Positions 1 to 10,719 of a DNA stretch of 64,000 nucleotides are shown piece after piece. Position numbers and translations under genes: made by a program. The DNA is from Gemmatimonadaceae bacterium. GTDB taxonomy: Bacteria > Gemmatimonadota > Gemmatimonadetes > Gemmatimonadales > Gemmatimonadaceae. The DNA lies in the NCBI GenBank assembly GCA_045803545.1, contig JBJMOW010000005.1, positions 1,408,001 through 1,472,000 on the forward strand. The letters run 5' to 3'. Numbering within the stretch: the first letter of the stretch is position 1; each line of letters opens with the position of its first letter. The notes beneath the pieces were generated by a model. The model was not told the origin of the DNA, ran no database searches, and saw nothing but the letters and a program-made list of their open reading frames with translations.

Positions 1-937
1 GGCAACACTGGTGTCGGCGATATCGCCGGTGGTCGTGACGGAGTCGCAGGTGATCGGTGGTCAGGGCAACAGGAAGACGCGGATCAACGGCGTGTCGACG
101 GATTTCTTCAAGATTCGCGACTGGAACACCAGCTCGGGCGAGATCTTCACCGACGCTGACGTGCGCTCGGGCCGCAAAGTCGCGCTACTCGGCGCGACCG
201 TGGCGAGGAAGCTGTTCTCCGACAGCGATCCGATTGGCGCGCATATTCAGGTCGGCCGAGTGCCGTTCACAGTCGTTGGCATCTTGCAGTCGAAGGGCGG
301 GAGCGGCGGCGGTGGTGACGAGGACGACGTCGTCGTGATGCCGTACACCACCGCGCAGACGCGGCTCAAGGGCGACGTGGACATCGGGCACATGTTCGCC
401 AGCGCGTTCTCCGCGAGCCAGATGCCCGCGGCGCAGGAGGAGATCGCCGGCATCCTCCGAGAAGCTCATAAACTTGAGCCGCAGGCAGAAGACGATTTCT
501 TTTTGCGCAATCAGATCGAAATCACACGGGCGATGAACAGCACCACGCGTACGATGTCGGCGCTGCTGGCAGCGATCGCGTCGATCTCACTCCTCGTCGG
601 CGGCATCGGTATCATGAATATCATGCTGGTGTCGGTGACGGAGCGAACGCACGAAATCGGAATCCGGATGGCGATCGGCGCGCGCGGCGCGGACATCCTC
701 AGCCAGTTCCTGGCGGAGAGCATCGCGCTGAGCGTGCTGGGCGGAGTGGTTGGACTCGTCGCCGGCTATGTGGGCGCGGCGCTGCTCCGGCGCATGACCG
801 GATGGCCGGTAGCGACACCGCTCTCAGCGGTGCTCATCGCGCTCGGCTTCTCGGCGGCGGTGGGGGTCTTCTTCGGGCTCTATCCCGCGAGAAAGGCGGC
901 GGCGCTGCATCCGATTGACGCACTCAGATATGAGTGA
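1..937 (+). CDS. ABC transporter permease, MacB/FtsX family (5' end lies before the window)
   Basis: C-terminal IASISLLVGGIGIMNIMLVSVTERTHEIGIRMAIGA and GVFFGLYPARKAA..L.PIDALRYE motifs; frame open at window edge. Confidence 0.95.
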   Translation, partial: ATLVSAISPVVVTESQVIGGQGNRKTRINGVSTDFFKIRDWNTSSGEIFTDADVRSGRKVALLGATVARKLFSDSDPIGAHIQVGRVPFTVVGILQSKGGSGGGGDEDDVVVMPYTTAQTRLKGDVDIGHMFASAFSASQMPAAQEEIAGILREAHKLEPQAEDDFFLRNQIEITRAMNSTTRTMSALLAAIASISLLVGGIGIMNIMLVSVTERTHEIGIRMAIGARGADILSQFLAESIALSVLGGVVGLVAGYVGAALLRRMTGWPVATPLSAVLIALGFSAAVGVFFGLYPARKAAALHPIDALRYE

Positions 938-1038
938 GGCGGCAACTCATTCGCGAGTGAGTCTTGTCGCGACGCTATCCGGTCTACATCCTGTAAATCG
1001 AGTTGCGAATTGGGGCTCGACGCGTGATCGTTTCGCGG

Positions 1039-2997
1039 ATGAAATCGAGGTATTGGGTGTGCGCCCTTGTCGGCATCGGCTGTCGTACTGTCGGTGCTCC
1101 GCCGACGGCCATCGACTGGCCCGTGTATGGCGGAGACCCGGAGGGTAGCCGCTACTCCGCGGCGACCGACATCGCTCGCGCCAACGTCGCGCGCCTCAAA
1201 GTCGCGTGGACCTATAGTACGGGCCCGACATCGATCGAAGCAACGACGCGTCCAAAGGAAGGCAAACCGCCCAACTTCGAGACGACGCCGATCGTCATCG
1301 ATGGCACACTCTACTTCAGCACCCCACTCGGCCGGGTCATAGCGCTCGACGCCACGACCGGAGCGGAGCTGTGGACCTACGACGGAAAAGTCGACATCAG
1401 CGGCAACTACGGCGACAACGCCAATCGCGGGGTGGCGACCTGGCTCGACAAAAGTGCGCCGGCCAACGCTGTCTGCCGCCGCAGAATTCTGCTCGCTACA
1501 ATCGACGCGCGACTGATCGCGCTCGACGCTGCGTCCGGCAAACCGTGCAGGGATTTTGGCGACAACGGCGTCGTCGAGCTTTCGACAAATCTGCGCAACG
1601 GCGTGCAGTACAAGGGCGAGTATGAAGAGACATCGCCGCCGACGGTAGTGAACGACATCATCGTCGTCGGCTCCGCTATCGCCGACAACAATAGGATCGA
1701 TGGGCCGAGTGGGGTAGTGAGGGGGTTCGATTCGCGGACGGGAAGGCTACGATGGAGCTGGGATCCGGTGCCGCAGGATTCCACGGATCCAGGGTGGAGG
1801 ACGTGGATCGGGCCGAAGGCACATCGCACCGGCGCGGCGAACGCGTGGTCGATCATGGCAGCTGATCCCGAGCGGGATCTTGTTTTCGTTCCGACGGGAA
1901 GTCCCAGTGTCGATTACTTCGGCGGGGAAAGGCTGGGGGACAATCTCTACGCCAATTCGGTGGTCGCGCTTCGCGCTTCGACTGGCGAGCGTGTCTGGCA
2001 TTTTCAATTAGTGCATCACGATTTGTGGGATTACGATGTCGCCGCATCGCCATTACTCGCGACATTGCCTGTCCACGGTCGCGATGTTCCGGTAGTGATG
2101 CAGACAGGCAAGAGCGGCCAGCTGTTCGTGCTGGACAGAGTGTCCGGAGTGCCGGTGCTCCCGGTCGAGGAGCGGCCGGCACCAAAGAGCGACGTGCCCG
2201 GTGAAATCGCAGCCACGACGCAACCATATAGTAGTGCGCTGCCCAATCTCACTCCGAACACTCTTTCGTCTCGCGATGCGTTTGGCATCAACTCCGCCGA
2301 GCGTGAAGAGTGTCGTGCGCGCATGCAAAAGTTCCGGAATGGCGCGCCATTTACGCCGCCGAGCGTTGAGGGGACGGTTTATCGGCCGTCGAACGTCGGC
2401 GGCGCGCAATGGGGAGGAATGGCGTACGATCCGGTACGTCACATCGCCGTGGTACCGATGAATCACTCGGCTGTAGTCGTGCAACTGCTGCCGAGGACGT
2501 CAGTCGATTCGACAAAGCTGGAGGAAGGCTGGGAGTATGCTACGATGGACGGCACACCGTGGATCATGCGGCGCCAAAGCCTGACTGGTAAGTCGGGGGT
2601 CGCGTGCACGCCTCCTCCGTTGTCGGCACTCGTCGCAGTCGACCTCGTGACTCGTCGAAAGATTTGGGAGACTCCGCTCGGCGACATGCAGCGAACGCTG
2701 ACGATTGTCGGCGATAGCACGAAAGTCGACGCGAGGCTTGGCACGACCACTTACGGCGGCCCGATCATCACTGCGACAGGATTGGTGTTCATCTCCGGGA
2801 CGTCGGACCAGCGGATTCACGCATTCGACATCGAAAGCGGTCGCGAGATCTGGTACGCGGACTTACCCGGCCGCGGCAAGGCGACGCCGATGACGTACCG
2901 CGCCGGAAAGAATCAGAAGCAGTACGTCGTGATCGCAGTCGGTGGAGGCTCGCTCGGCGGCCGCGGAGCGACGATCGTCGCTTTCTCGATCCAGTAG
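1039..2997 (+). CDS. PQQ-dependent dehydrogenase, quinoprotein glucose dehydrogenase-like, exported
   Basis: DWPVYGGD, VWHFQLVHHDLWDYD and GGPIITATGLVF motifs with PQQ beta-propeller repeats; ATG 1039 gives a signal/lipoprotein-like N-terminus. Confidence 0.9.
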   Translation: MKSRYWVCALVGIGCRTVGAPPTAIDWPVYGGDPEGSRYSAATDIARANVARLKVAWTYSTGPTSIEATTRPKEGKPPNFETTPIVIDGTLYFSTPLGRVIALDATTGAELWTYDGKVDISGNYGDNANRGVATWLDKSAPANAVCRRRILLATIDARLIALDAASGKPCRDFGDNGVVELSTNLRNGVQYKGEYEETSPPTVVNDIIVVGSAIADNNRIDGPSGVVRGFDSRTGRLRWSWDPVPQDSTDPGWRTWIGPKAHRTGAANAWSIMAADPERDLVFVPTGSPSVDYFGGERLGDNLYANSVVALRASTGERVWHFQLVHHDLWDYDVAASPLLATLPVHGRDVPVVMQTGKSGQLFVLDRVSGVPVLPVEERPAPKSDVPGEIAATTQPYSSALPNLTPNTLSSRDAFGINSAEREECRARMQKFRNGAPFTPPSVEGTVYRPSNVGGAQWGGMAYDPVRHIAVVPMNHSAVVVQLLPRTSVDSTKLEEGWEYATMDGTPWIMRRQSLTGKSGVACTPPPLSALVAVDLVTRRKIWETPLGDMQRTLTIVGDSTKVDARLGTTTYGGPIITATGLVFISGTSDQRIHAFDIESGREIWYADLPGRGKATPMTYRAGKNQKQYVVIAVGGGSLGGRGATIVAFSIQ

Positions 2998-3108
2998 AAT
3001 ACGCGCGCTGAGGTACGAACAAGACTGCGCCCGAAGGACCAGAACGGATTCATACTCTGGACGGCCTCGAACATTTGTGGTTGATTCGGGAAGAGCACCA
3101 ATTACTGG

Positions 3109-5706
3109 ATGACTCCTCCAACATCTTTCGAGAAGCCTCCCCACGGCGCGACGCCCCGGTCCACGCTCGCCGGACGGTATGAGCTTATCCGCGAGCTGGG
3201 CAGAGGCGGCATGGCGACGGTATACCTCGCTGACGACCGCAAGCATTCGCGACATGTCGCCGCCAAGATTCTGCGGCCGGGTTATTCGGCGGCGATCGGC
3301 GCGGATCGGTTCGAGCGCGAGATAAAACTGGTCGCTCGGCTTCAACATCCACACATCCTGCCCCTTTACGACTCCGGCGAAGTCGGTGACGAGCTGTTCT
3401 TCGTGATGCCCTACGTCGAGGGTGAATCTCTCCGCGACCGACTGGAGAGGGAGAAATCACTTTCGCTCGCCGAGGCGGCCGTGATAATTCGTCATGTCGG
3501 CGATGCGTTGGACTATGCGCACGCACGCGGCGTCGTACATCGTGACATCAAGCCCGGCAACATTCTCATCTCCACCGGGCAGGCGCTGCTTGCCGATTTC
3601 GGTATTGCGCGCGGTGCGAGCGACGACTCCGCCACGTTGACCGCCGCCGGCACCACCCTCGGGACCCCGGTTTACATGAGTCCCGAACAGGCGAGTGGCG
3701 AACGCGACATCGACGGCCGGAGTGATCTCTACTCGCTCGGGTGTGTTTGCTACGAGATGCTGTCCGGCGGTCCACCATTTCATGGCGAGTCGACGATGGC
3801 GCTATTCAGTCAGCACATCGTAAAGACTCCGCCGCGGGTAAGCAGCCTGCGCGAGACGCTGGCCGAGGAAGTCGTCAGTGCGGTCGCGCGAATGCTCTCG
3901 AAGGATCCCGCAGAGCGATACCAGAGTGCCGGCCAATTCGCGACGGTGCTGGAGGATGCGGCGATGCGCGCGAGAGCTCCCTCTCAGAGCGATGAACGCC
4001 TCAAGGCACTTCAGCGTGACCGGGAGAAAAGCAAAGCGGTGTTCGTGCTCGATTTCACCAATATCTCTGGCGCTGTAGATATCGAATGGCTTTCTACGGG
4101 CATCGCCGAGACAGTTAGCGTGGACCTGAAGAAGGTGTCCGGCATTCGAGTTATCGGTAGCGACCCCGCGACCCGGCAACGAGTGGCGGCGATCCGGCGC
4201 GAACGGCAGCTCGATGCGGAGACGGCCCGCGAGCTCGGCCAGTCGCTGGGCGCGCGGTGGGTTGTCTGGGGCGCATTCCAGAAAGCGGGAACGCGCATTC
4301 GCCTCACACCGCACTTCGGCGACACCGAAACGGGCGAGATCGTCAGCGCGGAGAAAATCGACGGGGGAATGGAAGACATCTTCGCACTGCAGGATCGGAT
4401 CGTCATGGGACTGGCCGATGTGCTGCGCATCAAATTGACGAGCGAAGAGGTCGACGAGATTGCCCGCTCCGAGACCAGCCAGCTCACGGCGTACGAGCTG
4501 TACGCGAAGGGACAGCAGGCGTTCAACATTTTCGGGAAGGAGAGCGCGAAAATGGCGGCGGAGTTTTTCCGCAAAGCCGTCGAGCTCGATCCGAATTACG
4601 CGCGGGCGTGGGCAGGGCTCGGCAGCTTGCTCATGCCCAAGTACATCGCGTCCGGTCTCGCGTCTGATCTCGACGAGGGCGTGACCGCGCTGCAGCGCGC
4701 GATGCAGCTCGATCCGTCGATGGGCGAGCCGTACGTCTACCTGTCATACATGTATGGGAGGCAGCATCGGCACAATGATGCAATTGCCTCGGCGCGGATG
4801 GCGGTCGAGCGCGAGCCGAGCGCGACGATGGCGTGGTATCTACTTGGCATCACCCTTGGCATGCGCGGCGTCGAAGACGGGGTTTTGCCGGATATGGGAC
4901 GCGCCATCCCTCCTCTGCTTCGCGCGGCCAGTATCGATGCGGATTTCCATCCGACTTTCATGGTCGCGGGCGCTCTATATCTGCTGCGCGGCCAGTATGC
5001 GCACGCGATCCAGGTTGTCGAAAAAGCGGTGGCGGTGGAGAAGCGTAACACCCGCCTCATCTTTCTCGGCTCGTTCGTGCAGCGCGCGGCACTACACACC
5101 TATTCCAACGAGCTCGACTCAGCGATTCCGTTGCTGGATCTGGCGCTGAGTACTTATCCTCGGATGGACCACGTGTATGCTGTGACGATGACGGCTTACG
5201 CGCATTTCATCCGCGGCGTGCTCGAGGAGCATCGCGGCGACGACGCCACGGCCGCGGCCCATTTCCGTAAGAGCTGCGATGCCGCCGAGTCGAACGATCA
5301 CCGTTTGGCAGTGGGCGCGCACTGGGTGAAATCGAAGCTCGGTCTCGCGCGTATCGCCTGGCGAAGCGGGGACAAGGCAGGCTCCGATCTCGCTTTGATC
5401 GAGGCGCTCACCATGCATCATAAACGACCGCGATTCGTGTGGGGTTGGATCATGGGCGCCGCTGACGCTGAGACGTATTTCGAAGTTGCGGCCGCTCACG
5501 CCGTTCGGGACGAGACTGCGGAGTGTATCGCCGCACTGCGCAAGGCGGCCGATTTGGGCTGGGCCGATATGAATCAACTCAATCATGACCCAGCGTTTGT
5601 AACTCTGCGCGAACGGGCGGAGATTCGTCAGCTAGGGCTGGAAGCTGGATCGAGGGTGATACTCCCTGCGCCGGTCGGAAACGGCGGACTCCCGGATCTC
5701 GCGTAG
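3109..5706 (+). CDS. Hanks-type Ser/Thr protein kinase with TolB-N-like and TPR domains
   Basis: LGRGGMATVY, HRDIKPGN, DFG, GTPVYMSPEQ, followed by a VLDFTN domain and helical TPR repeats. Confidence 0.92.
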   Translation: MTPPTSFEKPPHGATPRSTLAGRYELIRELGRGGMATVYLADDRKHSRHVAAKILRPGYSAAIGADRFEREIKLVARLQHPHILPLYDSGEVGDELFFVMPYVEGESLRDRLEREKSLSLAEAAVIIRHVGDALDYAHARGVVHRDIKPGNILISTGQALLADFGIARGASDDSATLTAAGTTLGTPVYMSPEQASGERDIDGRSDLYSLGCVCYEMLSGGPPFHGESTMALFSQHIVKTPPRVSSLRETLAEEVVSAVARMLSKDPAERYQSAGQFATVLEDAAMRARAPSQSDERLKALQRDREKSKAVFVLDFTNISGAVDIEWLSTGIAETVSVDLKKVSGIRVIGSDPATRQRVAAIRRERQLDAETARELGQSLGARWVVWGAFQKAGTRIRLTPHFGDTETGEIVSAEKIDGGMEDIFALQDRIVMGLADVLRIKLTSEEVDEIARSETSQLTAYELYAKGQQAFNIFGKESAKMAAEFFRKAVELDPNYARAWAGLGSLLMPKYIASGLASDLDEGVTALQRAMQLDPSMGEPYVYLSYMYGRQHRHNDAIASARMAVEREPSATMAWYLLGITLGMRGVEDGVLPDMGRAIPPLLRAASIDADFHPTFMVAGALYLLRGQYAHAIQVVEKAVAVEKRNTRLIFLGSFVQRAALHTYSNELDSAIPLLDLALSTYPRMDHVYAVTMTAYAHFIRGVLEEHRGDDATAAAHFRKSCDAAESNDHRLAVGAHWVKSKLGLARIAWRSGDKAGSDLALIEALTMHHKRPRFVWGWIMGAADAETYFEVAAAHAVRDETAECIAALRKAADLGWADMNQLNHDPAFVTLRERAEIRQLGLEAGSRVILPAPVGNGGLPDLA

Positions 5707-5717
5707 CAATAACGATG

Positions 5718-6260
5718 TTATGGAGCAGCGCGTGATCGCTTCATCTCCATCGTCCACCAAACTTTGGAAGTGCCGCCAGTGATCTCTTCGACGCGGACGA
5801 TGTAAGCGTCAGCTCCTGATCGCCGCCACGTCGTTCGCATCTGTCGCGCATCCGCCGTCTGCAAATTGTCGTGAAAGAGCAGCACACTATCACTCGGCGC
5901 GACGGTGCCGTGACTGTAGAAGCCTGGTAGAGCGATGTACCAGAAGACGATCTGTTTAGTCGCCGCATCCCACGCGTAGGTCGATTCGCCCTCGTAGGGT
6001 ATGGAGTCGCCCACTACTATATGATGGTCGCGCAGGAACCGACCGTTGTATATCCACTTGAAGCAGTGCTCGTCTGTGACGGTCCGTCCCGTGAAAGTTC
6101 CCTTCCAGCAACTGCCCGCGAGAAAAGCCAGCGGTCGCAGTTGGACGACGCCTCCCGCCTCTCCCCTCCCGCCTCCCGCAATTCCTGTCTGGGCAACGGA
6201 TGTTCGTGCAACAATCACCATCGCGATCAGCACGATCGCGCGCATATATGAGCGTCTCAT
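5718..6260 (-). CDS. Secreted hypothetical protein, beta-barrel-like
   Basis: Signal peptide, LRPLAFLAGSCWKG N-terminal pattern, host-like codon use. Confidence 0.6.
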   Translation of the reverse strand: MRRSYMRAIVLIAMVIVARTSVAQTGIAGGGRGEAGGVVQLRPLAFLAGSCWKGTFTGRTVTDEHCFKWIYNGRFLRDHHIVVGDSIPYEGESTYAWDAATKQIVFWYIALPGFYSHGTVAPSDSVLLFHDNLQTADARQMRTTWRRSGADAYIVRVEEITGGTSKVWWTMEMKRSRAAP

Positions 6261-6534
6261 GTTTCCCGTCTGAGGTTGGAGCGGAATTATCGCTCACCAA
6301 GCCGCGCGCGTCTTGATGAATTGTTACCACCATTGCACGATCAAAAGCCTACAACGCTGCGCCGCAAAACTGCTTATTGACCAAAGGGAAAACCCTACAT
6401 CCGTAGGCGACAGCACAGCTTGGACGAGCTCGGAGGAGGCAGATGCCTCTGAAATTGTTGGACAAGGAGCTTAGGCAAACGTCGCGCGAAGTCACGATCC
6501 GCCGCCGTAGACTCCGAAAACTTTGGCATTCGCT

Positions 6535-6558
6535 CGCAAACTGATTCAAGCGGTCCGT
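6535..6558 (+). promoter_or_regulatory. Putative ECF sigma promoter CGCAAA-N12-GTCCGT (copy 1), upstream of the 6589 operon
   Basis: cgcaaa ctgattcaagcg gtccgt, 30 nt before ATG 6589, which has a GGAGG RBS; motif recurs at identical spacing. Confidence 0.7.
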
Positions 6559-6588
6559 TCCTCTAGGAGGCAATAAACCGGAGGTTCA

Positions 6589-7062
6589 ATGAGCTCAACT
6601 CGCGCACCGGTCGTTCCCCTTCATTACGCGTATATCAGCAGGCGGTTGCTGATCGCCCTCCTCATTGGACTATCGGCACCAACAGTCACCTACGCGCAAA
6701 CCGGAAGCAGCGCGCAGAACGGCCGCGATACGCTCCCGGACTATGTCGCAAGGCGGGCGCTGGAAGCGTACAACCGCCATGACGTGACGGCGATGGCCAC
6801 TTACTACGACACCGTCTTCGTCCACGAGCTGCTCGGCGATTCCGCCGGACGATACAAGGGGACGCCAGTGCAGATGTTCGAGGGGATGTCGGACTATCTC
6901 ACGAAGAACAAGGTCAGCGTGGAGCTCAAGCAGCAGATCGTGAGCGGGCGGTATGTAGTGCAACTCTACGACTTCATCGAGAATGGCAAGCGAACGCCCC
7001 ATCTCGAGATCTACGAGATCCGCAACGGCAAGATCGTGCACGACTGGGATCAGGGGCCATGA
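6589..7062 (+). CDS. Secreted SnoaL/NTF2-like protein
   Basis: Signal peptide; ALEAYNRHD and YEIRNGKIVH SnoaL-like pattern. Confidence 0.75.
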   Translation: MSSTRAPVVPLHYAYISRRLLIALLIGLSAPTVTYAQTGSSAQNGRDTLPDYVARRALEAYNRHDVTAMATYYDTVFVHELLGDSAGRYKGTPVQMFEGMSDYLTKNKVSVELKQQIVSGRYVVQLYDFIENGKRTPHLEIYEIRNGKIVHDWDQGP

Positions 7063-8282
7063 TTGAGGACAATACGATGTGCATGACGCGGCTTGGTTGC
7101 CTGACCGCTTGCATCACCATTTCGATCCTCGTCGTCGCTTGCGGCGGCGGAGATTCGCTGTCAGGGCCCGACACTCATCTTACGGTAACGGCTCAAACGG
7201 AAGGTACGCAGGTCGACGCCGACGGCTACAGTGTACAGGTCGGAGCGAGCTCCCCGAGTGCGTTGGGAGCGAACGGCGCGATAACCGTCAGTGGTGTAGC
7301 GACGGGCGCAGTGTCAGTCACACTTAACGGCATCGCACCCAACTGCGCGGTGACAGGCGACAATCCTGTCACCGTCCAGGTTCAATCCGGGCAACAGGCG
7401 ACGGCCGCTTTTCACGTGGTCTGCACTGCGACGCCCGGCGGGTCGTACCGCATCGCGCTCATGACCAACGCCGACCCGACTGGATCCAGCAACTCGTACG
7501 ACATCAGCGTCATGAACAGCGACGGATCGCTGACATCGCTCACGAAAGGGAACGGCTTCTATGACGCCTTTCCAGTGTGGTCGCCCGACGGCCAGAAAAT
7601 CGCCTTCGTATCGAACCGCGACGGGGCTCTCAACATTTATGTAATGAACCAGGATGGATCGGGCGTCGTGCGTCTGACCAGCACCCCTGCGCCGCAACAA
7701 GATCGGTTTCCCGTTTGGTCGCCGGACGGCTCAAAGATCGGCTTCGAGAGTAATCGGACGGGCGGTAGTGAGATTTATCTCATGAACGCAGACGGCTCGA
7801 ACGTTGTGCAGCTCACTAACAACTCCGCGGGCGACAACGATCCCAGCTTTTCTCCGGACGGTACCAAGATCGTCTTCGTCAGCAATCGTGATGCTCCCAG
7901 CCCGAATCCGCCGTACGGCCACTGGGAACTCTACGTCATGGGAATCGACGGGTCAGGACAGACGCGCGTGACCAATGATGCCGCCATGGCATTCCGGGGA
8001 GTCTTCTTTGGCCAGAACAAGATTCTGTTTGACAGCGATCGTTCGGGCGTAACAAACATCTACGTGATGAACTCGGACGGGACAGGCGAGACTCAGTTAA
8101 CGAATAATTCGACTGCCACTTTCCTACCTATACCATCTCCTGACGGCGCGCGAATCATGTTCAGTGTCGCGAGCCAAAACCACGCGGAGACTTTCACAAT
8201 GAACCCGGACGGTACGAGCGTGACCGCTCTTACCCGCCCACAAGATGGCGTTATAAACCTCGGGTATTCCTATCGAAAGTAG
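7059..8282 (+). CDS. Lipoprotein with TolB-like PD40 beta-propeller
   Basis: Lipobox VVAC; repeated PVWSPDG.KI.F.SNR.G..IY.MN.DGS; ATGA overlap with upstream gene. Confidence 0.88.
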   Translation: MIEDNTMCMTRLGCLTACITISILVVACGGGDSLSGPDTHLTVTAQTEGTQVDADGYSVQVGASSPSALGANGAITVSGVATGAVSVTLNGIAPNCAVTGDNPVTVQVQSGQQATAAFHVVCTATPGGSYRIALMTNADPTGSSNSYDISVMNSDGSLTSLTKGNGFYDAFPVWSPDGQKIAFVSNRDGALNIYVMNQDGSGVVRLTSTPAPQQDRFPVWSPDGSKIGFESNRTGGSEIYLMNADGSNVVQLTNNSAGDNDPSFSPDGTKIVFVSNRDAPSPNPPYGHWELYVMGIDGSGQTRVTNDAAMAFRGVFFGQNKILFDSDRSGVTNIYVMNSDGTGETQLTNNSTATFLPIPSPDGARIMFSVASQNHAETFTMNPDGTSVTALTRPQDGVINLGYSYRK

Positions 8283-8328
8283 AATCGTTCGAGACGAAGG
8301 CCCTCCCTTACTCTCACTGGAGGTAGCT

Positions 8329-9300
8329 ATGCGAACGGCGCTCGCTCACAGAGTAACGACGATACTTCTCTCATTACTCCTTGCCTGTCAACCTGATGCC
8401 GCTGGACCGCGGCCTTCCGCGAACGTGCAGGCGAATTTCTCATTTGCACCCGACGGCTGGTCGGAGCCGGTGAACATGGGTCCGATCATCAATTCCACCG
8501 GCGGCGACGTGAACTCAGCGCTTTCAACCGACGAGCTGAGTCTTTACATGACGTCGAACCGAGCTGGCGGTTTGGGCGCGACCGATATCTGGGTGGCGCA
8601 CCGCGATTGCATCGGTTGCGACTGGCAAGTACCGGTGAACCTCGGCGAGCCCTTCAACAGCGCGGGGCAGGACGCGGGCCCGAGATTGTCAAACGACGGA
8701 CACCTTCTCTTCTTCCAAAGCGATCGCGGACGGAATGCGGGCATCTCTTACATCTACCTCTCGCGACGCGATAACCCCAACGACGACTTTGGCTGGAGCA
8801 CGCCAGTCCTCCTCGGCCCCGACGTCAACACATCCGACGGAAACCAACAGGCTGCCTTCTACCTGCAAAGCGCCGAAGACGGACCGGGAAATTTTTATTT
8901 CAATCGGTCGACGCTGGCCACGCCGCAACCGGAGATCTACACCGTAGCGATTACGCGCGACGGTCAAACTTTGGGACCGGCGGTACTCGTCCCGGAGCTC
9001 AATGTCGCCGCGTCCAACGATCAGCACGTCACGATGCGGAAAGACGGGAGAGAGATTTTCTTCTCCTCGGATCGCGCCGGCGGTTCCGGCGGATTCGATC
9101 TGTACACGTCGACCCGCCGCAGTGTACACGAGCCCTGGTCCACACCAGTGAACCTCGGCCCGTCGATGAATACCACCAGCAATGACATGCAGCCAAGCCT
9201 GTCCGCCGACGGTCGCACGCTCATCTTCTCCTCGAACCGGCTGGGTGGTTACGGAGCGAACGATCTGTGGATTTCCACACGATCGCCCGGCAATAACTGA
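8329..9300 (+). CDS. PD40-repeat lipoprotein
   Basis: Lipobox LLAC; repeated W..PVNLG...N and P.LS.DG..L.F.S.R.GG.G..D. Confidence 0.85.
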   Translation: MRTALAHRVTTILLSLLLACQPDAAGPRPSANVQANFSFAPDGWSEPVNMGPIINSTGGDVNSALSTDELSLYMTSNRAGGLGATDIWVAHRDCIGCDWQVPVNLGEPFNSAGQDAGPRLSNDGHLLFFQSDRGRNAGISYIYLSRRDNPNDDFGWSTPVLLGPDVNTSDGNQQAAFYLQSAEDGPGNFYFNRSTLATPQPEIYTVAITRDGQTLGPAVLVPELNVAASNDQHVTMRKDGREIFFSSDRAGGSGGFDLYTSTRRSVHEPWSTPVNLGPSMNTTSNDMQPSLSADGRTLIFSSNRLGGYGANDLWISTRSPGNN

Positions 9301-9353
9301 CGCGTAGTGCGCAAAAAGCCCCCCTTCGGTGGCGTGTGGAACCGAAGCGAATG

Positions 9354-10208
9354 CTAGCCGGCTGCTTCGAGTAGCGCGTCCCGACCGGGTGCGAATTTTC
9401 TGAGATACTCGGTCGGGCTCGCTGCGCCTACCCGTCGAAAGTCGCGCACCAGATGTGATTGGTCCGAGTATCCCGCCTCGGCCGCCAATCGCGACCAATC
9501 GACTCCGCTAGAATCGCGAAGTTTCCCGAGAGTCCATAAGAACCGGGCGATTTGTGCGTATGCTTTCGACGAGATACCGACGTAGCGAGTGAAGGAGACA
9601 GCGAGGTGCTTTCTGCTGACGTCGAGCTCCTGGTGCAGATCGGCGACGCGCAGCGAGCCATGGGTGGATTCGATTCGTTCGACTGCTTCGCGCACAAATT
9701 CAGGAATCGCGCTGTCGCTCAAGCGCCCACTCAGAAAGTCTTCGAGGATCATAAAGCGGGCTGTCGGAGAATCCGCGGCAAGAAGTCGATCGCGAAGCGC
9801 ACCCGCGTCCGCGCCAATCAAAGTCTCGAGATCGACGATCGAATTCGCCGCACTCGGCGCAGCAACGCCCAGTATTTGAGTCGCGCCGAGCGGGTGCAGG
9901 CGAATCGAGACCAGGTGAGTGCCTTCGAGCGACTCGATGAAGATCGAGCGTTCCTGCAGGCCGGAGAACCAGCTGCGCTCCCAGAGTCCCATTCCGGATC
10001 CCTCGAACACCCGGTGTGCCGGCCCGAGGTTGAACATGATCTCGACGAATCCGTTTGGAAGCAGCGCCTCGCGGAATGGCGAGAGTCTGCCTTTGACTTC
10101 CCAGTATTCCTTTACGATCCCCGCGAAATGGTCAGCCGGCTGCGCGCGCGTGAGCGACCACGTGCCGAGCGAAGTGGTATGTCTGATTTCGTCTAAAAGC
10201 CGCGGCAT
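9354..10208 (-). CDS. AraC-family transcriptional regulator
   Basis: C-terminal LAAEAGYSDQSHLVRDFRR..G.SP HTH; N-terminal LLPNG sensor domain. Confidence 0.9.
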   Translation of the reverse strand: MPRLLDEIRHTTSLGTWSLTRAQPADHFAGIVKEYWEVKGRLSPFREALLPNGFVEIMFNLGPAHRVFEGSGMGLWERSWFSGLQERSIFIESLEGTHLVSIRLHPLGATQILGVAAPSAANSIVDLETLIGADAGALRDRLLAADSPTARFMILEDFLSGRLSDSAIPEFVREAVERIESTHGSLRVADLHQELDVSRKHLAVSFTRYVGISSKAYAQIARFLWTLGKLRDSSGVDWSRLAAEAGYSDQSHLVRDFRRVGAASPTEYLRKFAPGRDALLEAAG

Positions 10209-10264
10209 AAGAAAATGAATGTACGCGCGGTGATGCTCCGGGCTTCTGGGCGATCTTTCCTATG

Positions 10265-10597
10265 TTAGCCGGCCGACGTCTCGGCGGCAGTCAACGGCGC
10301 GCGGGTAATGGCGCTATGATCGGCAAGTACGTCGAACGTCTTCGCCGAGATGTTGCTCACGGCTGGACTCGCCTTGAGCGCCGCTACGATTGGACCGCCA
10401 ATGTAATCGCGAACCGCCTCTTCGCTTTCGAAGAGGTATATCCCGCCGGCTTCATTCTTCTCCTCGTTCATCAGCCACACCTTCCAGAGGAGACCCGGCG
10501 TATCAGCAATCGGCTGGGTCGCGCCAAGCCAGGCGGTTTCCAGATCTGCGCGCGGGATGCTGAAGTTCATATTCACTTGCAGTATTTGTTGTGACAT
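10265..10597 (-). CDS. YdhR-family putative monooxygenase
   Basis: PGLLWKVW, EAGGIYLF and SAITRAPL motifs. Confidence 0.88.
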   Translation of the reverse strand: MSQQILQVNMNFSIPRADLETAWLGATQPIADTPGLLWKVWLMNEEKNEAGGIYLFESEEAVRDYIGGPIVAALKASPAVSNISAKTFDVLADHSAITRAPLTAAETSAG

Positions 10598-10719
10598 TCG
10601 TCGCTCCGGTTACTTAGACGTGCCGATTCCGCAGTCATAAGTCAAGACACATAGACAACGTCCGGGCGCGTGTTAATCCGACGCTAGTCTGTCTGTGCTC
10701 AGACCGCACAGACTGGCGG

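Noticed and set aside
10691..10713. 8-bp inverted repeat gtctgtgc/gcacagac upstream of sigma 1
   Set aside because: Single short hairpin with no counterpart upstream of sigma 2; could be chance.
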